A DNA stretch of 64,000 nt, from positions 124,001 through 188,000 of the IMG/VR virus record IMGVR_UViG_3300003322_000571; one strand, given 5' to 3'. Below, in pieces: positions 1-9,759 of this stretch (positions are counted from its first letter, which is position 1; every line of letters begins with the position of its first letter). The position numbers and the translations under genes are program-made. A model generated the notes under the pieces. The model did not search any database, had not been told where the DNA came from, and was given only the letters and a program-made list of their open reading frames with translations.

Positions 1-42
1 CGTGTTGTTCGCTGTGCCATGCTGTTTTGGATAGAATGCCAT
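1..42 (-). CDS. 5' end of a second tail fibre paralogue (runs off window)
   Basis: Reads MAFYPKQHGTANNT, nearly identical to the N-terminus of 42..1481; start overlaps upstream stop (TAATG). Confidence 0.7.
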   Translation of the reverse strand, partial: MAFYPKQHGTANNT

Positions 43-1481
43 TATACACCTTTAGATTCTAGTTGTGCAACTCGTGCACGTAGGTCTTGCACTTCCTTAA
101 CGAGAAGTGGTACGAGTTTGCTGAAATCGACACTCCACGGGTGTGTCTTCTCGTTGTCGCCACCAACCGTGACAGCTGCAGGAACCACGTCATACAGTTC
201 TTGTGCAATAAATCCGGTTACCACGCGACCGATGTCTTCCTTGAATTCGAAGTCGCGAACGCGCATGTTATCGAACTTGTCACCTTGACTAGGTGTATCG
301 ACAATGTTTGTCTTCAAACGTTCATCAGACGACGTATTGAATGCTACCGTTGTAGTAGAGTTCTGGTAGATGCCTCCGTTTTGTGTGCCGGAAGTGTTAT
401 AGCAAGCGAAGTGCCATCCTGTGCCTCCTACAGCTGAAGGATTTAGCTGGGACTGTACACCGTAGCCGAGGCCATCACCAAAGTTATCAATAAACAACGC
501 ACAATCAGCAGCCCCTGTCGAAGCAGACACGCTGAGTTTTGCATTTCCTGTACCGATGCTGGACGAACCCAATCGATTGACGATGAGATTGCCGGTATTG
601 GTCAATCGCATCCAGGCTGTTGCGGTCGAACCGGTATTGTTTGAACCACCTGCTCCATACCAGGCATGCGAACCATCACTAAAGACGTCATAGCTACCTG
701 TATTGGTCAGTGTAGATGATGGCACACGAACTGAAGTAGCATCCAACGTACCAGTAAAGTAATGGCCGATAAGGTTCCTCTGTGTCCATGTAGGTGCTCC
801 ATTGGTGGAGTCAATCGTGATCGCTAGGTTGGTCCGATCTCCTTGACGGAAAGAACGAATCGACCCGTTAACGACAAGTGCAGCACCAGAAGCAGCAGCA
901 GAGCCGATCACGACTTCGCCAACTGGCGTAACACGCATACGTTCCGTATTAGCCGTCGCAACCACCAAAGCTTGCGTGGAACCGTTCGCGTTAATCCAGC
1001 AAGTATTACTGCGGCTAAGGTGTGTAGAACCATACGAAGAGAGACGAAGCAGATTATCATTACCTGTAATTCGTGCTTCACAAAAGTCAACGTTGCTTGT
1101 CGACGTTGATGTGAAATTGACCGTTGTCGTGACAGCCGAAGAAACATCTAGTTTTCCGCTTGGTGAAGCTGTACCAATACCAACATTACCGCCGGACAAC
1201 ACAAATTGATTAGTACCAGCGACAAGTCCGTTCGTAGGCAAAATCAATGTACCTGTCATCGTGTCGCCGGCCTTCAGCACATAGTTTGAACCGACGGGAA
1301 CATCAACCCACGTCAAGTTACCTGCACCGTCTGTAACAAGTGCTTGGCCTGATGAACCGTTACTATTGGGGAATTTAAGCGTACGTGTCGTCGTTAGATT
1401 GCTAGAATCAAGACGCAGTTTGTTGAGACCGACATCAAACGTGTTGTTTGCTGTGCCGGCTTGTTTTGGATAGAAAGCCAT
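42..1481 (-). CDS. Tail fibre/receptor-binding protein with C-terminal intramolecular chaperone (peptidase S74)
   Basis: NVGIGTASP repeat, G/S/T-rich body, C-terminal SSDERLKTNI...GFIAQEL...VD.SKLVPLLVKEVQDL. Confidence 0.9.
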   Translation of the reverse strand: MAFYPKQAGTANNTFDVGLNKLRLDSSNLTTTRTLKFPNSNGSSGQALVTDGAGNLTWVDVPVGSNYVLKAGDTMTGTLILPTNGLVAGTNQFVLSGGNVGIGTASPSGKLDVSSAVTTTVNFTSTSTSNVDFCEARITGNDNLLRLSSYGSTHLSRSNTCWINANGSTQALVVATANTERMRVTPVGEVVIGSAAASGAALVVNGSIRSFRQGDRTNLAITIDSTNGAPTWTQRNLIGHYFTGTLDATSVRVPSSTLTNTGSYDVFSDGSHAWYGAGGSNNTGSTATAWMRLTNTGNLIVNRLGSSSIGTGNAKLSVSASTGAADCALFIDNFGDGLGYGVQSQLNPSAVGGTGWHFACYNTSGTQNGGIYQNSTTTVAFNTSSDERLKTNIVDTPSQGDKFDNMRVRDFEFKEDIGRVVTGFIAQELYDVVPAAVTVGGDNEKTHPWSVDFSKLVPLLVKEVQDLRARVAQLESKGV

Positions 1482-1541
1482 AAGTGCATCCTTTGAAGGA
1501 AAACTCTCTTCCTTGGCTGGTGAGAGAGCAGCGTGATCATT

Positions 1542-1550
1542 TATTTATCA
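1542..1550 (-). promoter_or_regulatory. T4-like late promoter candidate (TGATAAATA)
   Basis: TAAATA motif about 60 nt upstream of the tail fibre start. Confidence 0.45.
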
Positions 1551-1614
1551 CCCTGGAGTTGCCAAAGTTGTGCACTTGTTCTACGATCTAACAAACTCTT
1601 CTAAGAAGAACAAA

Positions 1615-2487
1615 ATGAGCAAAACGAAAAACATTCCAAACCTCGTCCACTACGACGAGAACACCAAAGGACGAGACTTTGTGGTCGGTGATCTACACGG
1701 ATGTGTTGAAGACCTACTGAAGGTTTTGTTGCTACTGAACTTCGATAGTTCGGTCGATCGCGTATTTTCTGTCGGTGACCTCGTTGACCGAGGCCCCAAC
1801 AGCATGAAGACAGCTGATCTTGTCTACGAAGATTGGTTCTTCGCCGTCAAAGGTAACCACGAAGAGCTGATGTACGAATCGATCCTTCGTGACAGTTATC
1901 AACACGTTGGCACGTGGGCGGCGAACGGTGGATTGTGGTCATACAACGAAGACAAGGCAGCACTCAAATCGATCTCGAAGAAGCTCGAGCAACTGCCGTA
2001 TGTGATCACAGTTGGTGAAGGCGCTAACAGGTTCAACATCGTTCACGGTGAACTAAAGTTCTTCGTCACAAACGACGAAGGTGCATACGAACGAGGTGAG
2101 AGCTTCTATAAGCGTGTACCCGTCACTGATGCGATCATTGATCAGTGGTTGTTTACACGCAGCCAAATGGACGATATGTTGTGGGGTCGTACGATCATCT
2201 CGAACGGCAATGAAGACATCAGCAAGGTCAAGCCACATGAGTTCTGGCATGACATGGAAAAGATGTCACTGACGTTTGTTGGTCATACACCTGTTGCTTA
2301 TCCTGTACAGGTACAACGTCAAGTGTACATTGACACAGGTGCTGTCTATCACCACACGAGTAAGAACCAAAGCGAACGTAACATGTTGACAGTCGCTTGC
2401 CCCACAGAAAAGAAGATTTACATGTACAACATGCTTTGGAAGACGATCACGTCGATTGGGTTTGACGAACTACAGGTGCTCGGATGA
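1615..2487 (+). CDS. Calcineurin-like metallophosphoesterase (Ser/Thr phosphatase, NinI/PphA-like)
   Basis: GDLHG, GDLVDRGP, GNHE, GHTP and IDTG motifs. Confidence 0.9.
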   Translation: MSKTKNIPNLVHYDENTKGRDFVVGDLHGCVEDLLKVLLLLNFDSSVDRVFSVGDLVDRGPNSMKTADLVYEDWFFAVKGNHEELMYESILRDSYQHVGTWAANGGLWSYNEDKAALKSISKKLEQLPYVITVGEGANRFNIVHGELKFFVTNDEGAYERGESFYKRVPVTDAIIDQWLFTRSQMDDMLWGRTIISNGNEDISKVKPHEFWHDMEKMSLTFVGHTPVAYPVQVQRQVYIDTGAVYHHTSKNQSERNMLTVACPTEKKIYMYNMLWKTITSIGFDELQVLG

Positions 2488-3095
2488 ACATCACATACAA
2501 CGTTAATCCGTTGAATACCACGATTGAGCTCGATGAAATGGAGACGGAAATCTTCCGTCTTAAGATCAAAATCAATGAGTTGCAAGACATTGCGTTCGAC
2601 GGATACTACTATTCACGTCCAGGACACGTTGATCTAGGCACTCTACGGAAGTATGTCGATCCGAAGTATTTCCTCAACGAAGATGTTGATGGTGGCAAGT
2701 CGAAGCTCGATCAACGAGTTGATGACCTTCTTGCCTACTACATTGACGATCTGAAAGATTCACACTGTGGTGATTGCACATGCATTCCATGTTCTTGCGG
2801 CAAGTGTATGGCAGAACAGTTGCTCGGGATTGATACGATTCCTCGCCTCGGAAAGCACGAAGCTTCGAAGATCAATTCCGCATTCAATAAGTCTGACGGA
2901 ACTATCGAAGGTGCTCTAGAGCATCTAAGGACGTATAATCCTGGTCCGTATGTTGACAAAGGGAATCCACACTGGTCAAAGGAAAAGCACGATTACTGGG
3001 CTCCTCAATGGATTGCACAAGCAGAACGTGCACATCGATGGCTGCTCGAGTATCGCGAGAGACATTTCCCACTATATAACTACGTAGTCAGATAA
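2484..3095 (+). CDS. Hypothetical protein with Cys cluster
   Basis: 203-aa ORF coupled to upstream gene; HCGDCTCIPCSCGKC. Confidence 0.75.
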   Translation: MNITYNVNPLNTTIELDEMETEIFRLKIKINELQDIAFDGYYYSRPGHVDLGTLRKYVDPKYFLNEDVDGGKSKLDQRVDDLLAYYIDDLKDSHCGDCTCIPCSCGKCMAEQLLGIDTIPRLGKHEASKINSAFNKSDGTIEGALEHLRTYNPGPYVDKGNPHWSKEKHDYWAPQWIAQAERAHRWLLEYRERHFPLYNYVVR

Positions 3096-3103
3096 AGGTT
3101 ATC

Positions 3104-3310
3104 ATGAATCAAATCTACGTAGTTGACCATCCTGTTGCGCTGGGAAAGCGCATTCGTGCACAACGTCCTTCGTGTGCCTGTAGAGGTGCAAAAATCGAAC
3201 AGGTTGAGGGAACAGTTGGAAAAGTGATCCACAACTCTAGTGGCTACTGGTACTACTTAACGGAACCAGGTGTAACTGTCAAAGGACAGTGGGTAGATAT
3301 GGTGTACTAA
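3104..3310 (+). CDS. Hypothetical protein
   Basis: ORF with RBS, operonic. Confidence 0.65.
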   Translation: MNQIYVVDHPVALGKRIRAQRPSCACRGAKIEQVEGTVGKVIHNSSGYWYYLTEPGVTVKGQWVDMVY

Positions 3311-3320
3311 GGAGGTACAA

Positions 3321-3917
3321 ATGGCACTTCATGCCGTAATGTTGGCAATGATAATCATTGCTCTGTGGCCAGTTCGTAGAGTATTCACGTACTATAAGTA
3401 TTTGTCTTATGCGCTCAACTTATCGGAAATGCCCGATGTCAAAGAGCGTTTGAAGGATAGCGTATTCAACAACAATATCCTCAAAGCATATCAGATTCGG
3501 CAAGTGCTGATCATGATTTTCCCTGTTGCTTTGCTGGGTCTATTGACGTTGACAGGTTTGATCTGGTGGACGCTTGACAGTAACTACGAACTTGCCGATT
3601 CGTATTTGTTCCTGTACGTGATCTCAATGACAGCTTACATGGCATTGACGTACAAGCTGAATCCAAGGCCTATTTGGTTGCTTAGGTGGATCAACATTCT
3701 GATGTCGACACGCACGACAATCAGGCTCGAGATCATCACCAGTATGTTTGAGCAACTCCAGCAAGTAATCGCTGCTACAAGTGACGAAGACCATGAAAAA
3801 TTGGCCGTACTCGCTCAGCAAGCCGGCCAATTGATTCAGTTAGGTGAGAATGCTGCGATCGAGCTTACTCAGTTGTCGGATGCATATGATCGTCTTACCG
3901 GGAAGCGCGCAACGTAA
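3321..3917 (+). CDS. Membrane protein
   Basis: GGAGG RBS; about three hydrophobic segments and a coiled C-terminus. Confidence 0.75.
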   Translation: MALHAVMLAMIIIALWPVRRVFTYYKYLSYALNLSEMPDVKERLKDSVFNNNILKAYQIRQVLIMIFPVALLGLLTLTGLIWWTLDSNYELADSYLFLYVISMTAYMALTYKLNPRPIWLLRWINILMSTRTTIRLEIITSMFEQLQQVIAATSDEDHEKLAVLAQQAGQLIQLGENAAIELTQLSDAYDRLTGKRAT

Positions 3918-4167
3918 TGCAAACAATCTCTTCGTACGGGAATACTTCAAGCATACCCGTCTGACGATCGGCTGTATGTCCCCACATCAACCAAGGATTG
4001 CCTTTGCTCTCAGCCCATTCCAACAATGCCGCAATTGCGGCATTTTTTCCGTCTGCGGGAATTGGAGAACTGTGATGATACTTGCCATCACGCGTCTGCA
4101 CTTGGAAAGTGAACGTCGTTGCAGTATCAATGATCTTGTTGTAAGAAGCTAGTTCTGAGAAGTACAT
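3895..4167 (-). CDS. Hypothetical protein
   Basis: Last gene of coupled leftward block. Confidence 0.65.
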   Translation of the reverse strand: MYFSELASYNKIIDTATTFTFQVQTRDGKYHHSSPIPADGKNAAIAALLEWAESKGNPWLMWGHTADRQTGMLEVFPYEEIVCITLRASR

Positions 4168-4766
4168 TACACTTTCCTCGCAATAATTTCGTCGTACAAG
4201 TTTTCACCGAACACAAACACATACGTTACACCGTTAACGCTATCGGGAGTGACAACGTGTTCAATGAACACTGTCCAATCAGCAGGATAGTTTAGTTTCG
4301 GCCACACGTTTGCATCCCGCATTGAGACAACGAGAACATACGTCGGACCATTACGGAACGGTTTGACACCGTCGGGCAACGTGCTGTTTGTATAGAACGA
4401 CAAGTTAAATGCGGCCTTCGTGTTGTTATACCAGATTCGACTTGGCAAATAGCCCCGAACATCGTCGCGATCAATCTTCGTTAGTATACCGTGAACAGGT
4501 GCTGTTTCACCGTTGGTGTTTTCCCATTCCATTGTTGTCATCACTGCATCATTGGTGACTCCGGAATCCTTGGACGTACGGAGCGACACAATCTGCATCG
4601 ACATCATCACTTCGTTCTTGACTTCTTCAAATGGAGGCATGAACGATTGTAGTTCAGCTTGACCGATATCATTGTCTTCGGTTGGCAAAGCGGCGCAAGG
4701 GCCATCATGGCCCGGTGCTCGAGTGCAATACCACCCTTCCGGTGGAACATTACATTTATCTGTCAT
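4167..4766 (-). CDS. Hypothetical protein with N-terminal Cys/His motif
   Basis: CNVPPEGWYCTRAPGHDGPCAA. Confidence 0.75.
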   Translation of the reverse strand: MTDKCNVPPEGWYCTRAPGHDGPCAALPTEDNDIGQAELQSFMPPFEEVKNEVMMSMQIVSLRTSKDSGVTNDAVMTTMEWENTNGETAPVHGILTKIDRDDVRGYLPSRIWYNNTKAAFNLSFYTNSTLPDGVKPFRNGPTYVLVVSMRDANVWPKLNYPADWTVFIEHVVTPDSVNGVTYVFVFGENLYDEIIARKV

Positions 4767-4983
4767 TATCTTCCTTTGTTGCTTGGTCTAGATATGTTTG
4801 GAGAACAGCAATCGTCTTGCTATAACGATCAGCATGGCTGTGTCGTTTGTTGGCAACAGCAGCTTTCTTGAAGTGTACAAGACGCGCAATGTCTTCCTTC
4901 AGCAACTTGATCGCCTTGTTGGACATCTCGCGGCCGTCGTAGAATTCATGTGCTGCCTGAACGGTAGTGATATGACCGCTCAT
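4756..4983 (-). CDS. Hypothetical protein
   Basis: Coupled ORF. Confidence 0.65.
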   Translation of the reverse strand: MSGHITTVQAAHEFYDGREMSNKAIKLLKEDIARLVHFKKAAVANKRHSHADRYSKTIAVLQTYLDQATKEDNDR

Positions 4984-5456
4984 TATTTGTCCAAGCCTTC
5001 CAGGCGATGTTGCATCGCCGTAAATGTTGTGATCAGCGAATCGATCAGGCTTTCAGGGCCTCCGCCTTCGCGGACACGGATAGTGTACCGGCACTTGTCC
5101 AGTAGAAACCGAATGTTCTCTTCAACAGTCGATCCGTCTTCAGCCGTCAGACCATCATTCTTGCCAACGACCTTGCACACACATCCGGGACTACCAATAG
5201 GCTTTGTCCAGAAGTTACAGTACGCAAGATGGCCATAGTTTGGCTGAGCTGCTTCCGTTGGATGTGCTTCCCACCACTTCGGTACAGGATCCATCGGACC
5301 TTTGTTAAAGTTCAACTTGCCAGCATACACTGCATCGTTGACGTCAGCAGACATCATCGTTCCAGGGCAGCAAGTAGGTAGTGATCCTTCTGCTCCTCCG
5401 CATACTTTGCAGTGGAGCAAACCGTCATCGCGGTCGTAGTAGGTGTGGGTACTCAA
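4983..5456 (-). CDS. Hypothetical Cys-containing protein
   Basis: HCKVCGGAEGSLPTCCPG motif. Confidence 0.7.
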   Translation of the reverse strand: MSTHTYYDRDDGLLHCKVCGGAEGSLPTCCPGTMMSADVNDAVYAGKLNFNKGPMDPVPKWWEAHPTEAAQPNYGHLAYCNFWTKPIGSPGCVCKVVGKNDGLTAEDGSTVEENIRFLLDKCRYTIRVREGGGPESLIDSLITTFTAMQHRLEGLDK

Positions 5457-5691
5457 TTTGAATCCAGTTTAAGAATTTGTTCAATGTTCGCTTGGCAGCT
5501 TCACGTTCAGGGTCAATCCGACGGTGGTACGTATCAAGTTGTTGAAGGTACAGAAGGTCTTGGCGAATACGTTCAACCATGATACGATCGACGAAATTTC
5601 CTCCGTACTTGTCAACAACTTGTTGAGACGTGACGGGATAATCACGATGATCTGTGATCGTTAACGGATTGCTAGGTAAAATTGGTTCCAT
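5425..5691 (-). CDS. Hypothetical protein
   Basis: GGAGG RBS, coupled. Confidence 0.65.
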   Translation of the reverse strand: MEPILPSNPLTITDHRDYPVTSQQVVDKYGGNFVDRIMVERIRQDLLYLQQLDTYHRRIDPEREAAKRTLNKFLNWIQIEYPHLLRPR

Positions 5692-5692
5692 C

Positions 5693-6364
5693 TCACCTCC
5701 CTACGTACCGCTCTGTCGACTCGAGCAACGACTCCAGACGTTCAAGTGCAAATTGCAGAAGGCGACGATTACCGAAGTCTGCAATCTTGATCGCAGTTTC
5801 CGTTGCACGGATGTCACGACGAATTTCTTCTCGAACGATCGGATGACCGAACGGAACGCGACTATCACCGTACTTCTCGCTGACGTCCTTTGAGCCATAC
5901 AGGCCAACGTTCGGTTCAAATTCCTTGAAAAACGCCTCACGTGCTTGTTCGTGCGGAATCTGCTTACCTTCGTCGATATCAAGAATGTACTGATACAGAC
6001 CCTGAGCTTCAGGTGACATCTTCTTCGTCACCCACTTGTTCAGTTTCAGCTTGAGCATGTCGCTGAACTGAGCAAATAGTTCTTCAACCGACAATTGTGG
6101 ATGTTCAACCTGCAGAATGTCGATCACTTGGAAGAACATGTCAGCAGATTCTTCAAGGACTGAACCAACGCCTTCCTTATCAGAAGCTACGTAGCCGTGA
6201 TTCTGCAGGACTGCTTCGCACAGTTCGCCTGCTTCCTCAACCATCTTTGTCGTCTTAACGAAGATTGGAAGTTGATTGTTATCACAACGGGAAACAGTAA
6301 CAGCGAGTGCAAGCGTGTTAACAATCTGTTCAGTCATAAAATCTTTCTTACTTGGCAATTCCAA
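5693..6364 (-). CDS. mazG: MazG-like nucleotide pyrophosphohydrolase
   Basis: KMVEEAGELCEAV...LEESADMFFQVIDIL (EExxE...EExxD). Confidence 0.8.
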   Translation of the reverse strand: MELPSKKDFMTEQIVNTLALAVTVSRCDNNQLPIFVKTTKMVEEAGELCEAVLQNHGYVASDKEGVGSVLEESADMFFQVIDILQVEHPQLSVEELFAQFSDMLKLKLNKWVTKKMSPEAQGLYQYILDIDEGKQIPHEQAREAFFKEFEPNVGLYGSKDVSEKYGDSRVPFGHPIVREEIRRDIRATETAIKIADFGNRRLLQFALERLESLLESTERYVGR

Positions 6365-6548
6365 CTAAACGGAACACCATCATCAACGAAACCCCAATGA
6401 CAGTGATCCACATAAACGGTGGACCAAAGTACATTGGAAATAACAAAACTGTATATGTCGACAAGAACATCAGGAACCGACGTGGTTCCTTCAAATTGTC
6501 ATACCATTCATTTGCCTTCTTGATCTTGTTCAGCATAGGCACCTCCAT
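6348..6548 (-). CDS. Small membrane protein
   Basis: Two hydrophobic helices. Confidence 0.65.
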   Translation of the reverse strand: MEVPMLNKIKKANEWYDNLKEPRRFLMFLSTYTVLLFPMYFGPPFMWITVIGVSLMMVFRLVGIAK

Positions 6549-6590
6549 AACGATGTCCTATCGTATCTAGTACCCTTACCGAAGACAAGG

Positions 6591-6881
6591 TCACTGGGTG
6601 TAAACACACTGAATGATATTGACGCCATTGATGGTTGTCGAAGTCCAGCTACACGTCGGTGGCTGACCTCGTTCGTACTTACTCATCTCAGCACACGACC
6701 AGCAGAGGACGAACAACCACATGCAACCGACGAAACATGTCCAGATGATCCGACTAAACGTGATGTCGTCATTCCGCTTGTAAGCCCGGACCAAGATCAG
6801 GTCAACGACAAACCACACGACAAACAAACTAGCCGTAGCAACGGCACCAGCAATAAAAGGATGCATACTGACCTCACCCAA
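6591..6881 (-). CDS. Small membrane protein
   Basis: Two hydrophobic helices. Confidence 0.65.
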   Translation of the reverse strand: MGEVSMHPFIAGAVATASLFVVWFVVDLILVRAYKRNDDITFSRIIWTCFVGCMWLFVLCWSCAEMSKYERGQPPTCSWTSTTINGVNIIQCVYTQ

Positions 6882-7041
6882 TAAACCAACTTCCGAACAC
6901 GATCCAGCAGATGATCATCAGACACACCCAAATAATGTTCGGATAGCCTTCGTTAGGATGTGTTCTCTTACACAACATGTCACCGAACAACCACAACAAG
7001 AACAGGATAATCGATCCTGCAATGAATACCAATACACCCAT
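6874..7041 (-). CDS. Small membrane protein (55 aa, not in ORF track)
   Basis: MGVLVFIAGSIILFLLWLFG...; fills the gap in the operon. Confidence 0.6.
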   Translation of the reverse strand: MGVLVFIAGSIILFLLWLFGDMLCKRTHPNEGYPNIIWVCLMIICWIVFGSWFIG

Positions 7042-7050
7042 ATTAACCCT

Positions 7051-7425
7051 TTATGTGCACAACGACTTCTTCAAGTCGCACTTGATTTGCTGAACAGGTT
7101 GTTCAACTGTCACCACTTGTGTCGGAAAGAACAACACTGCAAATGCAACGAACCCCAAAAGGTTACCTACCCTTGCCCACACAACATACTTCGTTGTCGT
7201 CAATACGACAGCCGTATCAAAAGCCCACCACATTAGTAGGCCAATGATACTAAGCACCCACATCGGCTGGCCATACAACGGATAGATCACACACGTTGCC
7301 ATTGACAGATAGAACACACCAATCAACGACATCGCAACCCGGTTGTTGTCACCATTGGTAAACGATTTCCAAATGCAGAACAATCCAATGATGACAACCG
7401 ATGTAACGGCAATCAGATATTGCAT
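7051..7425 (-). CDS. Membrane protein
   Basis: About four hydrophobic segments. Confidence 0.7.
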   Translation of the reverse strand: MQYLIAVTSVVIIGLFCIWKSFTNGDNNRVAMSLIGVFYLSMATCVIYPLYGQPMWVLSIIGLLMWWAFDTAVVLTTTKYVVWARVGNLLGFVAFAVLFFPTQVVTVEQPVQQIKCDLKKSLCT

Positions 7426-7426
7426 T

Positions 7427-7615
7427 TCAACCGCCGTATTGCAGCTTCAAATAGCACGTGATGCAAAACGCAATCAAACTGATCACGGTTGTTGCACAGT
7501 AGATCCAGAACATTGGCTTTTCTTCAGCAGTAGCCATTCTGTATACTCCGCCGACAACCAAGATCAGCAGAACGAAAGAAATCAAACCAAGTCCTGACAT
7601 TTTAGGGACCTCCAC
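7427..7615 (-). CDS. Small membrane protein
   Basis: Two hydrophobic helices. Confidence 0.6.
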   Translation of the reverse strand: MEVPKMSGLGLISFVLLILVVGGVYRMATAEEKPMFWIYCATTVISLIAFCITCYLKLQYGG

Positions 7616-7998
7616 GGTTCAAACAATCCGTACATATTTGCAATCCGGTGAGCAGACAGAGTGAACCAGTATACAAACCGTGTATCATCTCCGTTCTCCA
7701 TCTTTTGACGTGAGTAAGCTGTGTCATGTGCAAACTGCAACATCGCAACCATCTCGGAAATCCCGAGAGACATCACGTCAAACGCCGGTACCCTAGAACG
7801 AATCGCGTCGAACCGTTTCCCTTCGAACGACGAGTCGTACTGTTCATCTGGAATAAGATGACCGACAGCACATCGCAGATCGCCATGTCTGTACTTGCAT
7901 CCTTCCCCGTCAATCGCACTAGCCTTCCCTTGCCTCAACACCGCCGCTACGATATGGACAAACACCGTATCGTACTTCGCGTAGTTGAATGTGCTCAT
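7582..7998 (-). CDS. Tandem paralogue family A, copy 5
   Basis: QG..S...C.YR...CA.G.LI.D..Y...EG...LQ.AHD. Confidence 0.8.
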   Translation of the reverse strand: MSTFNYAKYDTVFVHIVAAVLRQGKASAIDGEGCKYRHGDLRCAVGHLIPDEQYDSSFEGKRFDAIRSRVPAFDVMSLGISEMVAMLQFAHDTAYSRQKMENGDDTRFVYWFTLSAHRIANMYGLFEPWRSLKCQDLV

Positions 7999-8496
7999 TT
8001 AGTTACCAAATTTCCATTCCAAGTTATATTTGTCTGCCACTGTGCTGGCGTATTCCAGGAATTTAGGAACGAAGACATCGTTTGTTCCAGATTCCATCTC
8101 AAAACGAGCTGCATAATCATGAGCAACTTGCAGTTCTTTTGCAAAGCTGTGGAACGACGAGTTGCTAGCTCCATGAGACTGCTTGTTCAGCACAGCAACT
8201 CGTCGTTCAAACTGGTTAGCCAGTTCTCGATGCTCCCTAGCAACAATATGAGATGCATCGTCAAGCAGTGCAGGTGCACTTCGACCTTCAAGATCACGAT
8301 AGTACAGCTCGTCAGGGAGAAGATGACCAACGGCACACATTGTGCCTTCGGGACCCCTGTACTTACAGCGGACACCGTCGGCGTCCTTAACAGCACTTCC
8401 TCTTCCCTGAGCGATCAATGCTTGAACGACGAAGTCAAACACTTCCTGGACAGTATTACACTGAAGCAAGCTCATTGTACATCTCCGTATTTCCAT
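7999..8496 (-). CDS. Tandem paralogue family A, copy 4
   Basis: Same motif set. Confidence 0.8.
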   Translation of the reverse strand: MEIRRCTMSLLQCNTVQEVFDFVVQALIAQGRGSAVKDADGVRCKYRGPEGTMCAVGHLLPDELYYRDLEGRSAPALLDDASHIVAREHRELANQFERRVAVLNKQSHGASNSSFHSFAKELQVAHDYAARFEMESGTNDVFVPKFLEYASTVADKYNLEWKFGN

Positions 8497-8912
8497 TCAA
8501 GGTTAAACTTTGAAGCAATTACCTTTGCTTCAACCTTGAACCACTCAACGAAATTAAGGTGCGTTGCTCGTGCAGTATCGTCGTGAGCGGTTTGAAGTTG
8601 GTCGATCAACTCAAGAAACTTGTCAAGATGATCATTTAAACCGGGACCAAATTGACTGAGGTGTTGTCCTGAGATCACTTCCGATGCGGGTCGCCCTTCC
8701 ATCGATGGATCATACAGATCATCTTTAATCAACCACCCCGCAGCACACTTGTTGCCAGACAGGTCTCGATACCTGCACGAATACGTTGTAAGCCACTTAA
8801 TGTAGAGACCGCTTCCACACCCCTGCGCAATCAAGCTGCTGACAACATGATCAAACGCGTCCTGCAGATTATTGATGTCTTTCAGATCCATTAGGTCCCT
8901 CCAAATTTCCAT
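8472..8912 (-). CDS. Tandem paralogue family A, copy 3
   Basis: Same motif set. Confidence 0.8.
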   Translation of the reverse strand: MEIWRDLMDLKDINNLQDAFDHVVSSLIAQGCGSGLYIKWLTTYSCRYRDLSGNKCAAGWLIKDDLYDPSMEGRPASEVISGQHLSQFGPGLNDHLDKFLELIDQLQTAHDDTARATHLNFVEWFKVEAKVIASKFNLEWKYGDVQ

Positions 8913-9313
8913 TTAAGGTTAAACGCTGCGGCGATTTTCTCTGCCTTCAGCTTAAACCCTTCAACGAAATCAATGCACGTTGCACAAGCTGTATCATCGT
9001 GCGCATTCTGCAACCCTTCAATCATTCCATGAAACTGTTCATATTCAGGACGAATGTACGGATACAGCCGCTCCTTCCAGAATTGAGTCTTAATCAACGT
9101 GCAGAATGCTGCATCTCCCTCAAACCCCTCACTATATTGATTATCGGGGATCAACCATCCTGCTGCACACTTGTTGCCATTCGAATCACGGTAACGGCAA
9201 CTGACGTTACTTGATTCGATCATATCAAAACTACCTCGCCCCTGTGCAATCAGATTGCTGACAACATAGTCAAACGCATCCTGAGTGCAACGAATATCTT
9301 CCAACTTCATCAC
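8891..9313 (-). CDS. Tandem paralogue family A, copy 2
   Basis: Same motif set. Confidence 0.8.
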   Translation of the reverse strand: MMKLEDIRCTQDAFDYVVSNLIAQGRGSFDMIESSNVSCRYRDSNGNKCAAGWLIPDNQYSEGFEGDAAFCTLIKTQFWKERLYPYIRPEYEQFHGMIEGLQNAHDDTACATCIDFVEGFKLKAEKIAAAFNLKWKFGGT

Positions 9314-9759
9314 ATGCTCCCGAAATTCCAGTTCAAATTGTGCTGGTAAGCAACTCCGTACGCCTTGATACGGAACCTGTCAACGAACTCACTATCTGGA
9401 TACATCACCTCTTCTATGTCGTCACTGAACATATCTTGCTCACAAATCGCATAATCATGCGCATGCTGCAAATACTGAATCATATTGACAACATCATCAG
9501 TCAACCTGAAATCCGCTAGCCACAACTGCGAAATCGCATAGAAGTTCTTCCCTTCCATCTCTAGCACATAACGGTCTTCAGGAATCAAATGACCAGCCGC
9601 ACACTTTTCACCAGACGGCATCCAGTACCTACACGCAATCTTGCGGTAGTTGCCATCTAGCTTAATATATGACCCTTTCTCTTGCTTCAGTAAACACGCA
9701 ACAGAATAGTCAAATACGGCCTGCTTGCTCTGAAAATCAACGTTCCTCAGCCCCATCAA
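9310..9759 (-). CDS. Tandem paralogue family A, copy 1
   Basis: Same motif set. Confidence 0.8.
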   Translation of the reverse strand: MMGLRNVDFQSKQAVFDYSVACLLKQEKGSYIKLDGNYRKIACRYWMPSGEKCAAGHLIPEDRYVLEMEGKNFYAISQLWLADFRLTDDVVNMIQYLQHAHDYAICEQDMFSDDIEEVMYPDSEFVDRFRIKAYGVAYQHNLNWNFGSM

